In this document: positions 11,601-24,690 of the stretch, one piece after another
Layout: every line of letters begins with the position of its first letter
Numbering within the stretch: the first letter of the stretch is position 1
NCBI GenBank assembly: GCA_038496445.1
Contig: JALMLS010000255.1
Coordinates: 372,001 to 436,000, forward strand
DNA: 64,000 bases
Source of the DNA: Trichosphaerium sp. ATCC 40318
Taxonomy: Eukaryota; Protista; Tubulinea
Reading direction: 5' to 3'
The notes under the pieces: generated by a model
Database searches by the model: none
The model's input: the letters and a program-made list of their open reading frames with translations, nothing else
What the model was told of the DNA's origin: nothing
Made by a program: the position numbers and the translations under genes

Positions 11601-14600
11601 TTCATCTTCTGATTTGTTATCTACTTCTAAGCGTACTTCTCTTGTATCGGATCTATCACGTCCTCGTACAGGCTCGTTTATAGACTAAGTTTAAGCAAAC
11701 GTTAAGATATTACCTAAGAAATACGTGGGCTTACGATAGTATCTTCATCACTAGTGTCCTTTGGCACATTAACTTGTACAGGCTTTTTAAGCTCTGTTGT
11801 TTCGGGCTCTTCTTCAGGTTCGCGTGGTGTCGTTGAAGGCTGTTCCAATTCGACTCTTTGTTCCTTAGGGTCAGCTTCAGGCTCAGTTTCAGGCTCAGTT
11901 TCAGGCTCAGTTTCAGGCTCAGTTTCAGGCTCAGTTTCAGGCTCAGTTTCAGGCTCAGCTTCAGGCTCAGCTTCAGGCTCAGTTTCAGGCTCAGTTTCAG
12001 TCTCAGCTTCAGGCTCTGCTTCAATTTCAATTTCAGGTTGTGGCTTTGATTTGCGTTCCTGTTCTGCGGTATTTTCTATTTCCTCAACCTCTATTTCTGG
12101 TGCTGGCTTATTTTCTTCTGGTGTCGGATCATCAATTTCAAGAGTTTTAGGAGATTTAGGGGTTTTAGGAGTCTTAGGAGATTTAGGCGACTTGGGCTTC
12201 TTATCAGGAGGTGCTTCTTCAATTTGTACATCAACATTCAGCCTTTTTACTGGTAAAGTGTCTATAGTAGCAGGTGTTGGTTCCTTCGCTTGTTTAGCAA
12301 CGTTTACGAGTTGGTCTGGTTCGGATTTCAAAGCTGGAATAGGATCCGCTGCATGTTCTACAACAGGTTCACTCTTTGCAACAGTAGCTCTTTCGATCTC
12401 TGGGGTGTCAGGTACTGATATTACTTCCTTTGGTACAATAATGTCTGGTTTTGGTTGAGGTTCATTTCTGTCAATCACTCCAATGCTTGGGGCAAGATTC
12501 ATTGAAGATGAAGATAGGTATGTGCCAAGAGTATTGTGGTCAATATCTTCAAGTACATAACCTTGTAAAGCTTCAGGAACCTCGTCACCTTCAAAGATAA
12601 CAATCTCTCCATCACGAAGTTCTCCGTTCTCATCATCTTCTTCAGCATCTTTGAGGAGCTGTAAGAACATGTAATCCAAATCGTACTTGTCCCTGTACAA
12701 AAACAACAGTAAGAAAAAAAACATACAAAAACAAAAGGTTGGATGAAAAATAATATGTACCTCATGTACTGAAGCAAGTCTTGAAGTACTCGCGTATTAC
12801 CAGTCACAATATCATGAGGAGTAATTTTAACAATATCTTCAAATGCCTGCTCAGCTAGAAAACGCAATAGAGTCGTTGCATTCTGCATAGAGTGCCATAG
12901 CGTAGTAGGTGTTAAATTGTATCTTCCAACATAACCTTTTGTTACTACCTAAACAAACATAGTGAGTAAATAAACTAAACCCTCCTGTTCCCTGTAAGGG
13001 CACAGTAGTATGAGTATATGATCTATTATGTATACCTCTAGAAGAGAAAGAAGCTTCACACCAGTACGTAAATCACTACCAAGGTTCTTAATACGAAGTG
13101 TTTTATTTCCTGTTTCTAATGTAATATTCGCCCAATCTATCAAATCTTGTTGTTCTGGAGTTAACTCTACCTGTGGGTATCCATAAAAGTTAGTAATTTT
13201 AACTTTGTTTTGTAAGAATAATTTCGTAAACGTACATCTTCTTCAACAGAAATGGAAGCAGTTGCGTTGTATTCACCACTAACAAGAGACTGAACAAATA
13301 GATTTTTTCTCATTTTGTCATCTCTTATTTCAGGACCTTCCCATCCTTCTTGCTTCTTCATGTGACCTGCAAGAACAAAGAAATGATTTAGAACCATATT
13401 CTGGTTTTGTTTCTCGAATAAATCATTGGTTTCAAAAAGAGCGTGAGGCTCCAATCCAAGTTGTTCACAGCCATGAATATAATTTTGGATATTTTCCTAA
13501 ACAGAGGAGCGCGTTAACAACCAAATAAACGCAAAAACAATGCAAAACCAGCGATTTCGAAAAAAAGAAAAAAAAACTGACAGCCAACCTAATGGCGCAC
13601 TATTACGCTTCGACATTAAATGCCGCGTAGCATAACGCATTGGCATTAGTTTGAAGCTATGAAACCCATTTCAAGGGTTGAATTCGATAAAAGTCATAAA
13701 AAAAGACGTACTCTTTGACGAAAGACCATTTTACCCTTGTTAATACTACGTACACTACCAGGACGTAGTATGTTTATCAACTCGCATAGAGCAACTCCCG
13801 ATTTTAAAGAGTCCAGTAAAGGCTCATTAGGGAACTCTTTCTTTATAACAGCTTCAATCCAGTCCTTTGCGTTTTTTTCTTTTACAGGATCGAAAGAAAA
13901 TAATTTCTTTGTTTTAATATCATCAGTAAGCGTAGCAATACGCTCATTCTGTATATGCTCTAAACGAAGAATTAAAGACAAGCAAAAAAAAGCCGTCAAC
14001 GAAAAAAAAAACGTTTAAACGCTTAGAAAGCAATAAACGCACGCTGAACATTGCCGTGTCGTCCCCACAGCCCGTCAGGGTTATCGTGTAAGTTGTAAGT
14101 TGGGCTTTTCGGCGCAGAGAAGTAGTCTCTTGATGGTGATAGCGTCTCCTTGGGCGCCAACTGATCCTTTAGCTTATCGCCGAATTTCGATTGAAGTTTT
14201 TCGAGATAGGCTAGATGAGTAAAAACCTTTAATTAAACGAGTCAGCACGCAATAGTGAAGTGTGTATTTAACGTACGCGCATCATATCGCGTTCTTCAAA
14301 CAAATCAAGAATTTGGAACAAGTTTTCTTCTTTCATGCCTATACGTCTGCATACGTTCAAGTATGTGGTGATGGTCTCCTAAAATATAGCGATCAAAAAC
14401 CTGTTTCACGTTTACATTTCGTTTACCATCTGCTTGAACGGTAGAGTAGATTTTCTCACTTTCGGTATGCTTTTAGGCACAAGCAGGTTCATTAATCTAA
14501 AGTAGCGTTAGAATCAAAACCGTTCATTCGGAAGTAACGCCGGCCCATCCAGAGATACGTACATGCTTAACATAGTACCATCTTTGAGCATTGGAAACAG

Positions 14601-14738
14601 CGGATTGTTAACGTCGAGTATTGCTTCTTTATGGTCCTCTAGGATGTCCGCCAACCATTTGCGCGTTTTTAGCTCGAGTTCAACATCGTATTTGTTTTCC
14701 CTCCGTGTTATAGTCATAGAACGCTGTATAGTAGCCAT
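8654..14738 (-). CDS. Rho guanine nucleotide exchange factor with three N-terminal calponin-homology domains, a long acidic/basic linker, and DH and PH domains (multi-exon)
   Basis: CH motifs [24 protein letters not shown] and [15 protein letters not shown] motifs [16 protein letters not shown] and [13 protein letters not shown] region RHLVNEG...[11 protein letters not shown]. Confidence 0.88.
11874..12022 (-). repeat. 12-bp coding tandem repeat (PETE/PEAE)n inside the RhoGEF linker
   Basis: About 11-12 copies of ttcaggctcag(t/c). Confidence 0.95.
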
Positions 14739-15147
14739 TGTGCCACGACAGCTTGTTTTTGTGTACTTGGGTTTAAAATCTCTATTTAGTAATGGTCACT
14801 ATTATACTGAGTAACAGGCTGTACAAGTAGCCATATTATTGCCAAACTTGTAGCTTTGTACAATTTAATATTTAAAAACTACATGCGTTGACAATTTTGG
14901 ATGCAAAGTCTCAAAACATTGCCTTCTGCATAACGTAACTTCAACTCCGAGAGCAGCACTTGCAGTGCCTACTGAATGAACAACAGTGCACGTCAATATT
15001 GAGGAGCGATGACGCTTACAAAATGAAAGGCAGTCGTAACAAAATTGTGCGAGTTTGCCTCGTCTGATAGCTCAAAATAGTGCCAAATTTCGGCTTGTTA
15101 TACGTGTCCACTTGCGAAACGACGTATACAGCTATGCATAACTGAGA

Positions 15148-17473
15148 ATGTTACAAACAGATAGAGAAACTAGTGGTTTAGGCGATATAGACGCTGACAT
15201 AGCTGCTATACTCGCAGACGATGAAATTGAGCTAGAAGAGCTACCAGATGTGCGTATTTGATGCGTACAGTACTCTAGAGCTTAACGTAAATTCTAGGAC
15301 GAAGACATTGCTCCTACCGACGTTGAAACTGGTGGGATAAACTCAGTTAGCGTACCGCACCACAAGGTGATGGTTCAAACACAATTTGGCCGTTTAGATT
15401 ATTTAGACTTGTTTAAACCCAAGACGCCATCTTAATGCAAGTTTAGGGGTTCTGGAAGACTCTGTTCGTGTTCATGGGTCCTGCTTTTTTTGTTAGCGTT
15501 GGGTACTTAGACCCAGGTAACTGGGCAACAGACCTAGAAGGAGGCTCAAAGTACGCAACGTCACAACCTTTTTCAGCTCATTCAAATGTAGATTTGGTTA
15601 CAAGCTGTTATGGGTCCTACTAGTGTCTAATTTGATGGCTCTACTATTACAAGCACTCTGCGCACGTCTGGGAATGGTCACAAGTGCGTTTATAACCACC
15701 ACAATGACCACACGGAGTTCTAATGAATCTTTTTTAATATTATTTTATTACAATTTTCCCGGGCTTATTCTGAAATTTTTAGAGCGTGATCTCGCTCAGG
15801 CATGCAGTGACCAGTACCCTAAACCTATTGTATACATCCTATGGATTTTATGTGAGATTGCCATCATCGCCACAGATATTGCAGATGTTCTGGGGACAGC
15901 TATTGGTGAGTGATTGTTACCCAAAAACGTCATGAGACGATGTAACAGTTCACGTAGGTTTGAAAATTCTATTTAAAATACCTCACGTGATTGGTGTGCT
16001 GTTGACAGCACTGGACACCTTTCTATTCCTACTATTACAGAAATATGGTATACGTAAAGTAAGCTTCAGCCTATAAAGACTAAAGTTGTTGTATGCTAAA
16101 TGTTGAGCAATAGTTAGAAGCTTTTATTATGGGATTGCTATTTATCATCGTTGGATGTCTTGTTGTGGAGCTATTTGTTTCTAAACCCAGCATCCTGGGT
16201 ATTGTCGAAGGCATGTTTGTCCCTAGACTTAGCAATGATAGCGTCTATATTGCGATTGGCATCATTGGTGTACGCTTCTTTGTATACAAACAATGACTTG
16301 CTAACAAACTTATATCTAGGCTACTGTCATGCCACATAACCTATACTTGCATTCATCTGTAGTACAATCACGAAAGATTAATGTGTCAGATAAACAACGC
16401 ATTAAAAGAGCTAACACAATGAATGTTGTTGATCTAATTGTAGCGCTATCAATTGCTTTTTTTTGCAACGCAAGTATTATGATTGGTACCGTGCTTGTGA
16501 TACCTCACGTGATACATAAATAAGTGTTTGTTATTAGTTGCAGCAAGCGCGTTTTATCCAACCACTGGAACATTAGACTTGGAAGAAGCACCACAAAGAT
16601 TGAAAGGTTTAAGGTACTCATTTGAGGGTTTTTCTTTCTTTCTCACCTCGCTAGTAAATTTGGTCCTTATGCGTTTGCAATTGCCCTATTTTTCTCAGGA
16701 CAATCTTCTACAATTACAGGAGTAATGGCAGGACAGATTATAATGCAGGTAAGGCCCATCTATGTTATATGATGCAACTTCTTAAAAACTTTTTAAGGGG
16801 TTTATTAATATGAAGATTACGCCTTGGGTTAGAAACTTGATAACACGATCTATGGCTATTGTTCCCTCTGTCATAATTATCCTTATACTCAAGGATTCCG
16901 GTGTTTACTCGCTCTTGATACTTTCACAAGTACGAAGAAAGCCATCACAAACCTACAACAACTTGGGTGCTAATTTTTCACTTTAGGTTATTTTGTCTGT
17001 GCAATTACCTTTCGCTGCTGTCCCTTTGATAAAGTTCACAAGCTCCAGCAAATTAATGGGAGAATTCGCTAATCCATTATGGGTATACATTCTAAAGCCA
17101 CTTGCTCCATTAACATTGTTTAGATAAAAATCATTAGTTGGTTTTTTACAATCATACTTTGTGGGTTGAACTTATGGTCAGTTGGTATTGAATTATTCAA
17201 GATCATGGGAGGCAGCAAGGTTCAGATTTAACTCACGCGCAAAGAGTTTATTGTTTGTTTTAGGTTGGCCTGGTTTTAGGTGGCATTGCTGTTGTACCAC
17301 TAGTCCTATTTCTAGGACTTTTAGGTTGGTTGATTGTTCATGAACCAACATCCAGAGGTGTATTACAACAAGACGACAACTTTGAATTGGTTGAACTTGA
17401 CAGTGACGAAAAAAGTGCGCTCGATATTGAACTAATTGACGAAAACGGAAATGACAGCGACATAAGCTTATGA
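15148..17473 (+). CDS. NRAMP/SLC11 divalent metal (Mn/Fe) transporter (multi-exon)
   Basis: Motifs [46 protein letters not shown] and [20 protein letters not shown]. Confidence 0.95.
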
Positions 17474-17683
17474 AAACTGTAAATACAAGAACGAAAAAAG
17501 ATAAAATGTACAATTTTTTTGAAAATCAAGTCTCGTAGTCCACTTTTCAAAAGGCCAAATCAGTTTTTATTATTGTCATGAGTGGTTTCTTTTTACACAA
17601 AAAAACAGATCAGATTTCTTGCGTGTCAAGGGCCTATTTTGAATGAAAATACCCACTTCTTTTTTTTTTTGATAGTTTTAGTC

Positions 17684-18591
17684 TTAGTTTCTTCCTCTCT
17701 TTAGAACACCATTACGGTAGTTAAGAGAAATGTACAAGTACATTGAACCAGGAACGAAACTAGCAGCGAGTGTCAACAAACCGAAAATACCCCACTCACG
17801 CTAGTAACCAAGTAAGAATAAACCCGAATACAATGTACAAAATAACGATTTAAAAAAAGAACCCGATTATTTTTTCGGTCTGTTGCACTTACGAGATGAG
17901 CTTGTGTTCTTCTTGCTGCCTCACTGTATGCCCATACGCGCATAGGTCCAAGGGATGATGAGTAAGAGATTTGCTTTTCACCACGAGGGACGCGAGCGTA
18001 GGTTACCTGAAAAGAAAATTAGTTTTTTGATAAAAATCCGGCGTGTGGTTAAATATTACCTTTGCTGATTCTGTGATATAGACACCAGGATAAGTTGCCA
18101 TGACAGCGTACGTATGAGTCAAGTTTTGACCACTGTAGAAAATAAGGATTATTTTTGTTGGTTGGTTGATTGCGTGTGTAGTTTGCGTACGGTTTGAGTG
18201 TATCCCAAGTTAATTGCTCTTGAAGACCGACCATGCTTTTAAAGTTCTTTGGCCAGTTTGTATCGTCAATGGTGATGTCGTAGATGGCGCTATAAGCATG
18301 GCATTAGCTACTGAGCGACAAATACACTAATTAGCTTTGCATATTTTGCTGCCAAAGTTTTCTTTTGTTTTCTCGCGATTCGCTAACGCGTAAGTACCTT
18401 TTACCAACGTTAAAAATTTTGAGGCAAACTGTGAGGTTCTGTTCGGCGACAGGGATCATTGTAAGCAATGTTTTCGCTACAACAATATCTTGAGAGTGCG
18501 CAATTGTCACAAAGAGTGCCACTAGTGCGAGCAATAAAAGTTTCTACATTTGTAAGCGTTTAAACCGCTGAGAAGTCTTTGTACTTACCAT
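17684..18591 (-). CDS. SSR2: Translocon-associated protein beta (TRAP-beta); the first coding exon is ATG alone
   Basis: Signal peptide, then IVVAKTLL...NLTVCLKIFNVGKSAIYDITIDD...WDTLKPGQNLTHTYAV...AKVTY, and a C-terminal TM segment (HLREWGIFGLL). Confidence 0.85.
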
Positions 18592-18786
18592 GTTTACGAG
18601 TGTTCTTCAAGTTACTAAGGCCGCCACGTAATCGCAAAGAATTACTTTTACCGACCTTCACGACTTAATTTTGACCGACGTTTTTTTCGTTCGGTCGCTC
18701 CTTTTTGGCTGTGAATTAACACGCTTGGAAAAGATCGTGGGCATAAGCTGCCTCGTTGCATGTAAACAGTACAGACGTATACACAC

Positions 18787-21777
18787 ATGGCAAAGTCATC
18801 AATAAGCGTGGAAGAGTTTTCCCGTCTAAATGAACAGTTCGTTAACACTAGAAGTGAGCTGTATAACAAACAGGATGAAATTGCAAAGATTCAAAAGAGC
18901 ACGTCAAAGTATATACCCAAACAACGCTAATAGTGTCTAGAAAATGCACAGTTGAACAAGCAGCTCCAAAGCAGGTCTCAAACAATTAAACGGTTGAATG
19001 GTACGTTCTTTCCCTTCAAGGACTTTGAATACCGTCCTATACACGTTGTAATTTGGCACGTTGAAGTTAAACTTTTACTAAAACGTCGCCAGAAATTGTT
19101 GCTAGATCAGGCGACACACGCGCTCTAGTAGACGAAAATCGCGCTTTGAAGAAATCTTTACAGAATATGTCCGAAGAACAAGCTACAAAGGCACGAAACT
19201 TCTGTTTTATTTTCTCTTTGATCAATTCTGATCATAATATAATAGATGGAAGCGCTGAATAGCAGTTTTAACCAAATTGTTCTTGAAAACGAAGAAATGT
19301 CAAACAAACTTAAAGCAGCCAAGGAATCAGCAAAAACTACGGCTACAGCTACATCCTCGGAAGACAAAGAAGAATTAGAGAGATTACGAGAAGAAGTACG
19401 ACACCTCACAGCTGTAGCAGCAAGCCAACCAGGAGACATTCTATTTGTAAACACCAAAAAAGACGACAAACCAAAAGACGCCGAAGAGTCCGAAAAAGCA
19501 TTAAAAGAACAGCGTGAAGCGTTAGAGAAAGAAAGCAAGGCCTTAGAGGATGCGCGGTAGGCATCATTTTAACGTTTTACAACTTGTTTTTTATTTTTAT
19601 TTGAAAAGTCAAATATTCGCTGCTCGGACAACAAGTCTCTCAGCCAATGGAAAAAACCTGTTTGTGGTTGTACATATTTCTGTAAGTTTCTTATCAATAC
19701 CAGTGCAGAAATCAAAAAGCTAAAACAAGAGTTACAGCAAAGCGAAACCGATAATACAACGGTATGTGTTTAATATTGAAATATATATCTTTTACTAGTA
19801 AAAACTAACTACCTTGACTATCAGGTTATCCAAAGTTTGACACAAAAGAGTGTGGAGATAGATAGATTAAAGGACAAACTAAAAGTAGCAGAAAAGAACG
19901 ATACTAGTCTTTTACAGGTATGGGTTTTTTTTTAACGCCAAACAATGTAAAAGTGTTAAAATCTCAAAAAATACAGGAAAAGCTTGACAAAGCTATTGAG
20001 GACAAACAAGACTTGCGAAAGCGTTATCAAGAACTTTTTAACAAAGCCAAGACTATAAAACAACGTAACGTTGACTTGAGAGAGAAGTTAAAGGCTCTTG
20101 ATGCCAATGTATCCACAACAAATGAAGAAACTGAGTTGAGGGTACATATTTTTTTTTGTATATGTTTATGACTTAGTTGACACCCTTTTTGTAGAAATCT
20201 CAAATGAGCCAGCTCCAAGAATCCTTCGCTACTATTACTGGTGATCTAAAAGCATCTGATTTAGCAAAGAGAGAGCTGGAAGAAACTGTAAAGACCCAAA
20301 AAGAACAAATAGCAAAGTTGACAGCTGAAAACCAGGAATTAGAGTCTAAACACAAGGTACCCAAGGATCCTTTTAAACAAAAAAGAAACTAACAAAATTC
20401 TATTAGAAACTTGATACAGTTGTTGTGGGAAAAGCTCAGGACATTGACGAACTCAACAAAAACTTGGCAAACGTTGAAGGTAAAAACAAAAGAAAAATAT
20501 TCCATTGTGAGTCTGATCGTTTAAACCACAGACAGTCATAAGCGCTTGAAAGAGGAAAATGAAGCGCATGTCGAAAACATTAAGGCTGTTAAAGAAGAAC
20601 ATGAACAGACTAAAAAGGCCCTTGAAGAACTTCATTCGCAACATAAAGAAAAGGGCGAAGCACATGAGCAATTAAGTGTTGTTGTAGCAGACTTGAAGGC
20701 AGAACTTGCGACTACCCAGGAAAAGCTTGCTAGCAGCGAAGAAAAGAAAACAGTCTTTGAAGAAAAGATCGTTGGTCTCGAGAATGAAAAAGCAGAACTC
20801 ACACGTGCTAGTGATGAACAGGTGTGTTTTGAATGCATTTTTTCTCATTTTTTTCTTACTATTTTACTAGTTCACGCAATTCTCAGAAACAATTGCAAAG
20901 CAAACAGAAGAGTTAATATCACTTAGAGAGAAAGTTGAGTCGCTACAGAGAAAGATTCAAGATAGTAGGGTCCAATTCAAAGCTACACAAAAAAATAACG
21001 AAAGACTGGTACGTTTTCTTTGTTGCTTTTCTGACTTTGATATTAGATCAAGGAGCTCAAGAGAAAAGTTGAAGCGCATAAGAATGCACCTCCAACACCT
21101 GCACCTGCTGCAGTTGCAGCCAAGACACACAACGGAAATAATAAGGTAGGCTTTTGGTTGATAAGTTCCTGCGGAGCTCACTTGTTGTTTAGCGGTCACC
21201 TGATGCTCCACCAGTGGCTCGAGTTCGTACTACAAAGAGTAATGATGCTATGGAAGAGCTTGGAGAAGTGTTACATACATTACAAGAGGAGAACATACGC
21301 CTTAAAGAGCAAGTGCGTGTGGCGATAAGGTTTGCAATTTTTCGTTATTCATCTGTTGTAGGTCCAACTTATTGGTCACAGTGAACGTAAACTGAGATTG
21401 AAGCTAGATAAACAATCAAAATTGATTAAACAACAAGCTATGATGCTACCTTCAGGTAGATTAACAGCAGAGATGGAAAGCAATAAGCTGACAAAACGAA
21501 AAGACTCTTTGATCAATATCTTTGGTGGTAGTGCTTTAGATTCTCAAGTAGCACAAAAAAGCTCAGATATTATGCAAGAGACTCTACTAAAGAATATGCA
21601 ACTCAAAGTACGCAAAGAATGATGCTTGTTTTTTTTGGTTTTTTTGAAGATTTCTACGGCCGTAGTCGTTTATTCTTCGTTTAGGAGGACATTGAGACTC
21701 TTGGTGATGAAGTAGAGTTGTTAACAGAGCAGAATGAGCAACTAAAGAAAAAATTAAGGGATGTTCAAGGCGGTTAG
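18787..21777 (+). CDS. Long coiled-coil protein, GRIPAP1/GRASP-1-like (multi-exon)
   Basis: N-terminus SVEEFSRLNEQFVNTRSELY and C-terminus MQETLLKNMQLKEDIETLGDEVELL resemble the conserved ends of GRIPAP1; the middle is heptad-rich. Confidence 0.6.
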
Positions 21778-21994
21778 GAAGAGAGAACATTTAATTTTTG
21801 GTTCTTCTTTGCGCAATTGTAAATAAATTGATAGCGTGCTTGTGTTGTTGTTTGGGTAGAGTGTATTTATTGATTGTGACGGATCCTATCAGACGTTCCG
21901 TCAAGTATGTCAATCCTGGAAACCGTGTCGCCTCAGTGGCGCATTGTGTTTCGTGGAAGTGTTTGGGCGGCAAATCTTGAAAAAGCCAAAGAAC

Positions 21995-22345
21995 ATGCTG
22001 AATCTCGTAGTGGTGTACACGGATGATATTGATAAAGAACGAGAGCTGTTTTCAGCTGTAGGATTGGAATTTGTCAAAGAAAAGCACGGCAAAGGACCTG
22101 AGCACTTTGCAGCTTCGAAAGAAGGTGTAGTGTTCGAAATCTACCCAACGAGCAAGAACAGACCCGTTACAAATGCAAGATTGGGTTTTGTTGTTGATAA
22201 CCTCGCTAACACCATCCAGACGCTATCAAAACACGACTGCACGCTAGTAACGCAAGGAAATTCAAAATGGGGCAAACGTGCTGTTTTTAAGAATGCCTCT
22301 TGTAAAATCACTTTTGAGCTGCTAGAAAAGCCTCAAACAGTGTAA
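21995..22345 (+). CDS. Intronless glyoxalase/VOC (bleomycin-resistance-like) family protein
   Basis: MLNLVVVYTDDID...FSAVGLEFVKEKHGKGPEHFAA...VFEIYP...RLGFVVDNL...SKWGKRAV is the pattern of small bacterial VOC proteins. Confidence 0.8.
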   Translation: MLNLVVVYTDDIDKERELFSAVGLEFVKEKHGKGPEHFAASKEGVVFEIYPTSKNRPVTNARLGFVVDNLANTIQTLSKHDCTLVTQGNSKWGKRAVFKNASCKITFELLEKPQTV

Positions 22346-22620
22346 TAAAACGCTGTCGACGGGTAAAAAATAACGTGGGCTGGTTTAGCTTAACTCCAGC
22401 GTCAAAAGAGCCCTATGTAGTTCCAACAAGAGAATAAACTTCGATAGAATGTCAGACTAGCGGTTGATTTACTTGATGGCGGGTTTGTGGCGCACGTTTT
22501 TCGACTTTGACAGTCAAGCACTTGTAACGGCTACAGGATTTGCACGGCCAAAATCAGCCGTTCACGTTTTTTTTTCCCGCTGTAACAGTCATAATCTTAA
22601 CCATCAACACACAACACAAC

Positions 22621-23095
22621 ATGTCCGGCAGACGTAAATCCAAGACAACAATCCGCAAGAAGTCAACAAAACTTACTTCTCCTTTGAAGACTAGAAGATC
22701 AAAGCGTTCTAAAAGAACACTAAATATCAAGACTCGCGGTTCTTGGGTACTAAACGTTATTTTCATCGCTTGAAAACTTGGCGGTTAACGTCTTTTCTTG
22801 GAAATCCTAACTTTTTGTGTTTTTTAGTCCAGACAACTCGCAGAGATAGCCAAGGACGCTGCGGATAACTACGAAGGTGCTCACGTTTCCCGCGCCACTC
22901 AAAACAAAGTTAGAGGGCACTTTGCTGATGGAAACCTTACTGAACGCGATGGTACGCCTACAATACCTGAATTTTTACCGTTACATTAAATTTTGTTCCT
23001 TTTTAGACTTTGGATTCGTTTACGGTGATTGGGGAAGTCGTAAGAACTTAGCCATTCTCAGAGGTGATGACGAAGACGTGAGCTTCGAGGAATAA
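22621..23095 (+). CDS. Small protein with an Arg/Lys-rich N-terminus and acidic C-terminus (3 exons), function unknown
   Basis: GT-AG introns ~22747-22827 and ~22952-23007 give an open product MSGRRKSKTTIRKKS...SRQLAEIAKDAADNYEG...DFGFVYGDWGSRKNLAILRGDDEDVSFEE. Confidence 0.65.
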
Positions 23096-24349
23096 AGCCT
23101 CAAGCGTCTAGTCAAGCCCGCCCTTCCTCAGTGGAAGATTTTTGCGTGTTTTGTTTGTATTTTAACACAGAAAGTGTAAACCATTGTATTAATAAAGACA
23201 CGTGATAGTGAAACTGTCTACATTCTCGCTTTCTTTTGACAAAAAACGTTTGACTGGCATTGTTTGCTATGCGTCTTGGCTGCGTTGAGGTTTTGATTTT
23301 GAGAAGCTTTTACCTTGGTTAAGTCCTCTTGTGTGCTGTTAATTCCAAGTTACAGTACGCAGCAGTTCATGCTTGTTGTTTTGCTTACTCAAAGTACGTC
23401 GTGGATGCTTCTTGCTGTTGAAATGCCTTTCGATAAGTAAACGAGAACTTTTTTAGGACAAAGAGGAACCAACTCAAGCGAAACAGGTAGATTTTCTTAT
23501 TTTCTTCCATTCCGCGGTCAGGTGAGCACCTTGTAAAACTTTTGTATAAAGTTCTTATTTTTACATAGCCAATTATGGTCTCGCAATGAGTTTGTGTGCA
23601 AGAGTGGATTGCGAGGATTGTTGGGCTGTTTAAAAATTTTACTATCCATTAGAATAACCGTTGCGCCAGCTAGGCAACTAATACGCGATTGTTTGGGAGG
23701 AAAGACAACGTCTTAGTGGCTATCAATGGCGCACCGATGTCGTGTTTATTTGTACATAAAACACTACAGTGCACTTGGTGCGAATTACCATTAGAGATGT
23801 TAAAAAAACGACTTATAAAACGGGGTTTGCAAACAATAAAAAATAGGTTCAAGTCGAAGTCGTTTTTGAGTCGACAATCAAAGTAATTTCTTACAACTGA
23901 AAGCGCATGTCCACCTCCCAAGCGAGAACACTCAAGGCGTACACATGTGTTTACAGCTGGTAATGTATAAGACATGGAGAGAAGAGTGCAATACAGCTAT
24001 TCTAACTTCATTTTTAACCACTTGCCAGGACATTAAATACACTTGTCCTGTCATTGGGCAACATCCAAGGAATGGGTAGTTCAAGTTCCTTTGGTAGCGG
24101 TGGGTCTTACCAAAGATAATTCCAAACAAAATGGTTTTTTCGGTTTAGCCGTTTGCCTACCTAAAAGTCATTACAGTCGAAACCGTTTTCGTAACATCAC
24201 TTATGTACTGAACCGTAGTTACTAAAATACTACGTTAGATAATTGTTCTTGGCGTATTATTTGCTACCGCATTTATAATTGCTATTATTCGGCTTGCTTA
24301 CTACATTGTAAAGAAGAAATCAAAACATTACATTCTGTAAAGATATGAA

Positions 24350-24690
24350 TTGTAAAAATACTGAGTTTTATTGCCTAAACAGGAAGTTATTTAATTTCTG
24401 CTTTGAACACGCTCTGGTGATGTCTAAAGCTGATAAAACATTATAATTATGCCATGTATGCCGTTACCACACCTGGACTGAGGACAAGAAGCTTTTAATG
24501 CTAAAAACAGATAATTTTGCCAACCAAGGCCCAAAACACTCTAAAGAGAGATTTATACGCGCAAAACAATTGTATACGTGCTTTAGGTGTCCAAAACACA
24601 AAAAAAGAGGCGAAAGCCTAGAAAAGCTAGCGAAATTGGTGTAAATCGCTTATGTTCACCCTGAACTTGCATTTTTGACTATTTTTATTG
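24350..24690 (-). repeat. Inverted copy of island module 1490-1840
   Basis: 24402-24690 is the near-exact reverse complement of 1490-1778. Confidence 0.93.

Noticed and set aside
11874-12022. Possible CRISPR-like array
   Set aside because: Head-to-tail 12-mers with no spacers, inside a eukaryotic exon.
11731-12458. ORFs with LKLS, SFRL or SGSV repeats
   Set aside because: They are alternative-frame and antisense readings of the 12-bp PETE coding repeat in the RhoGEF.
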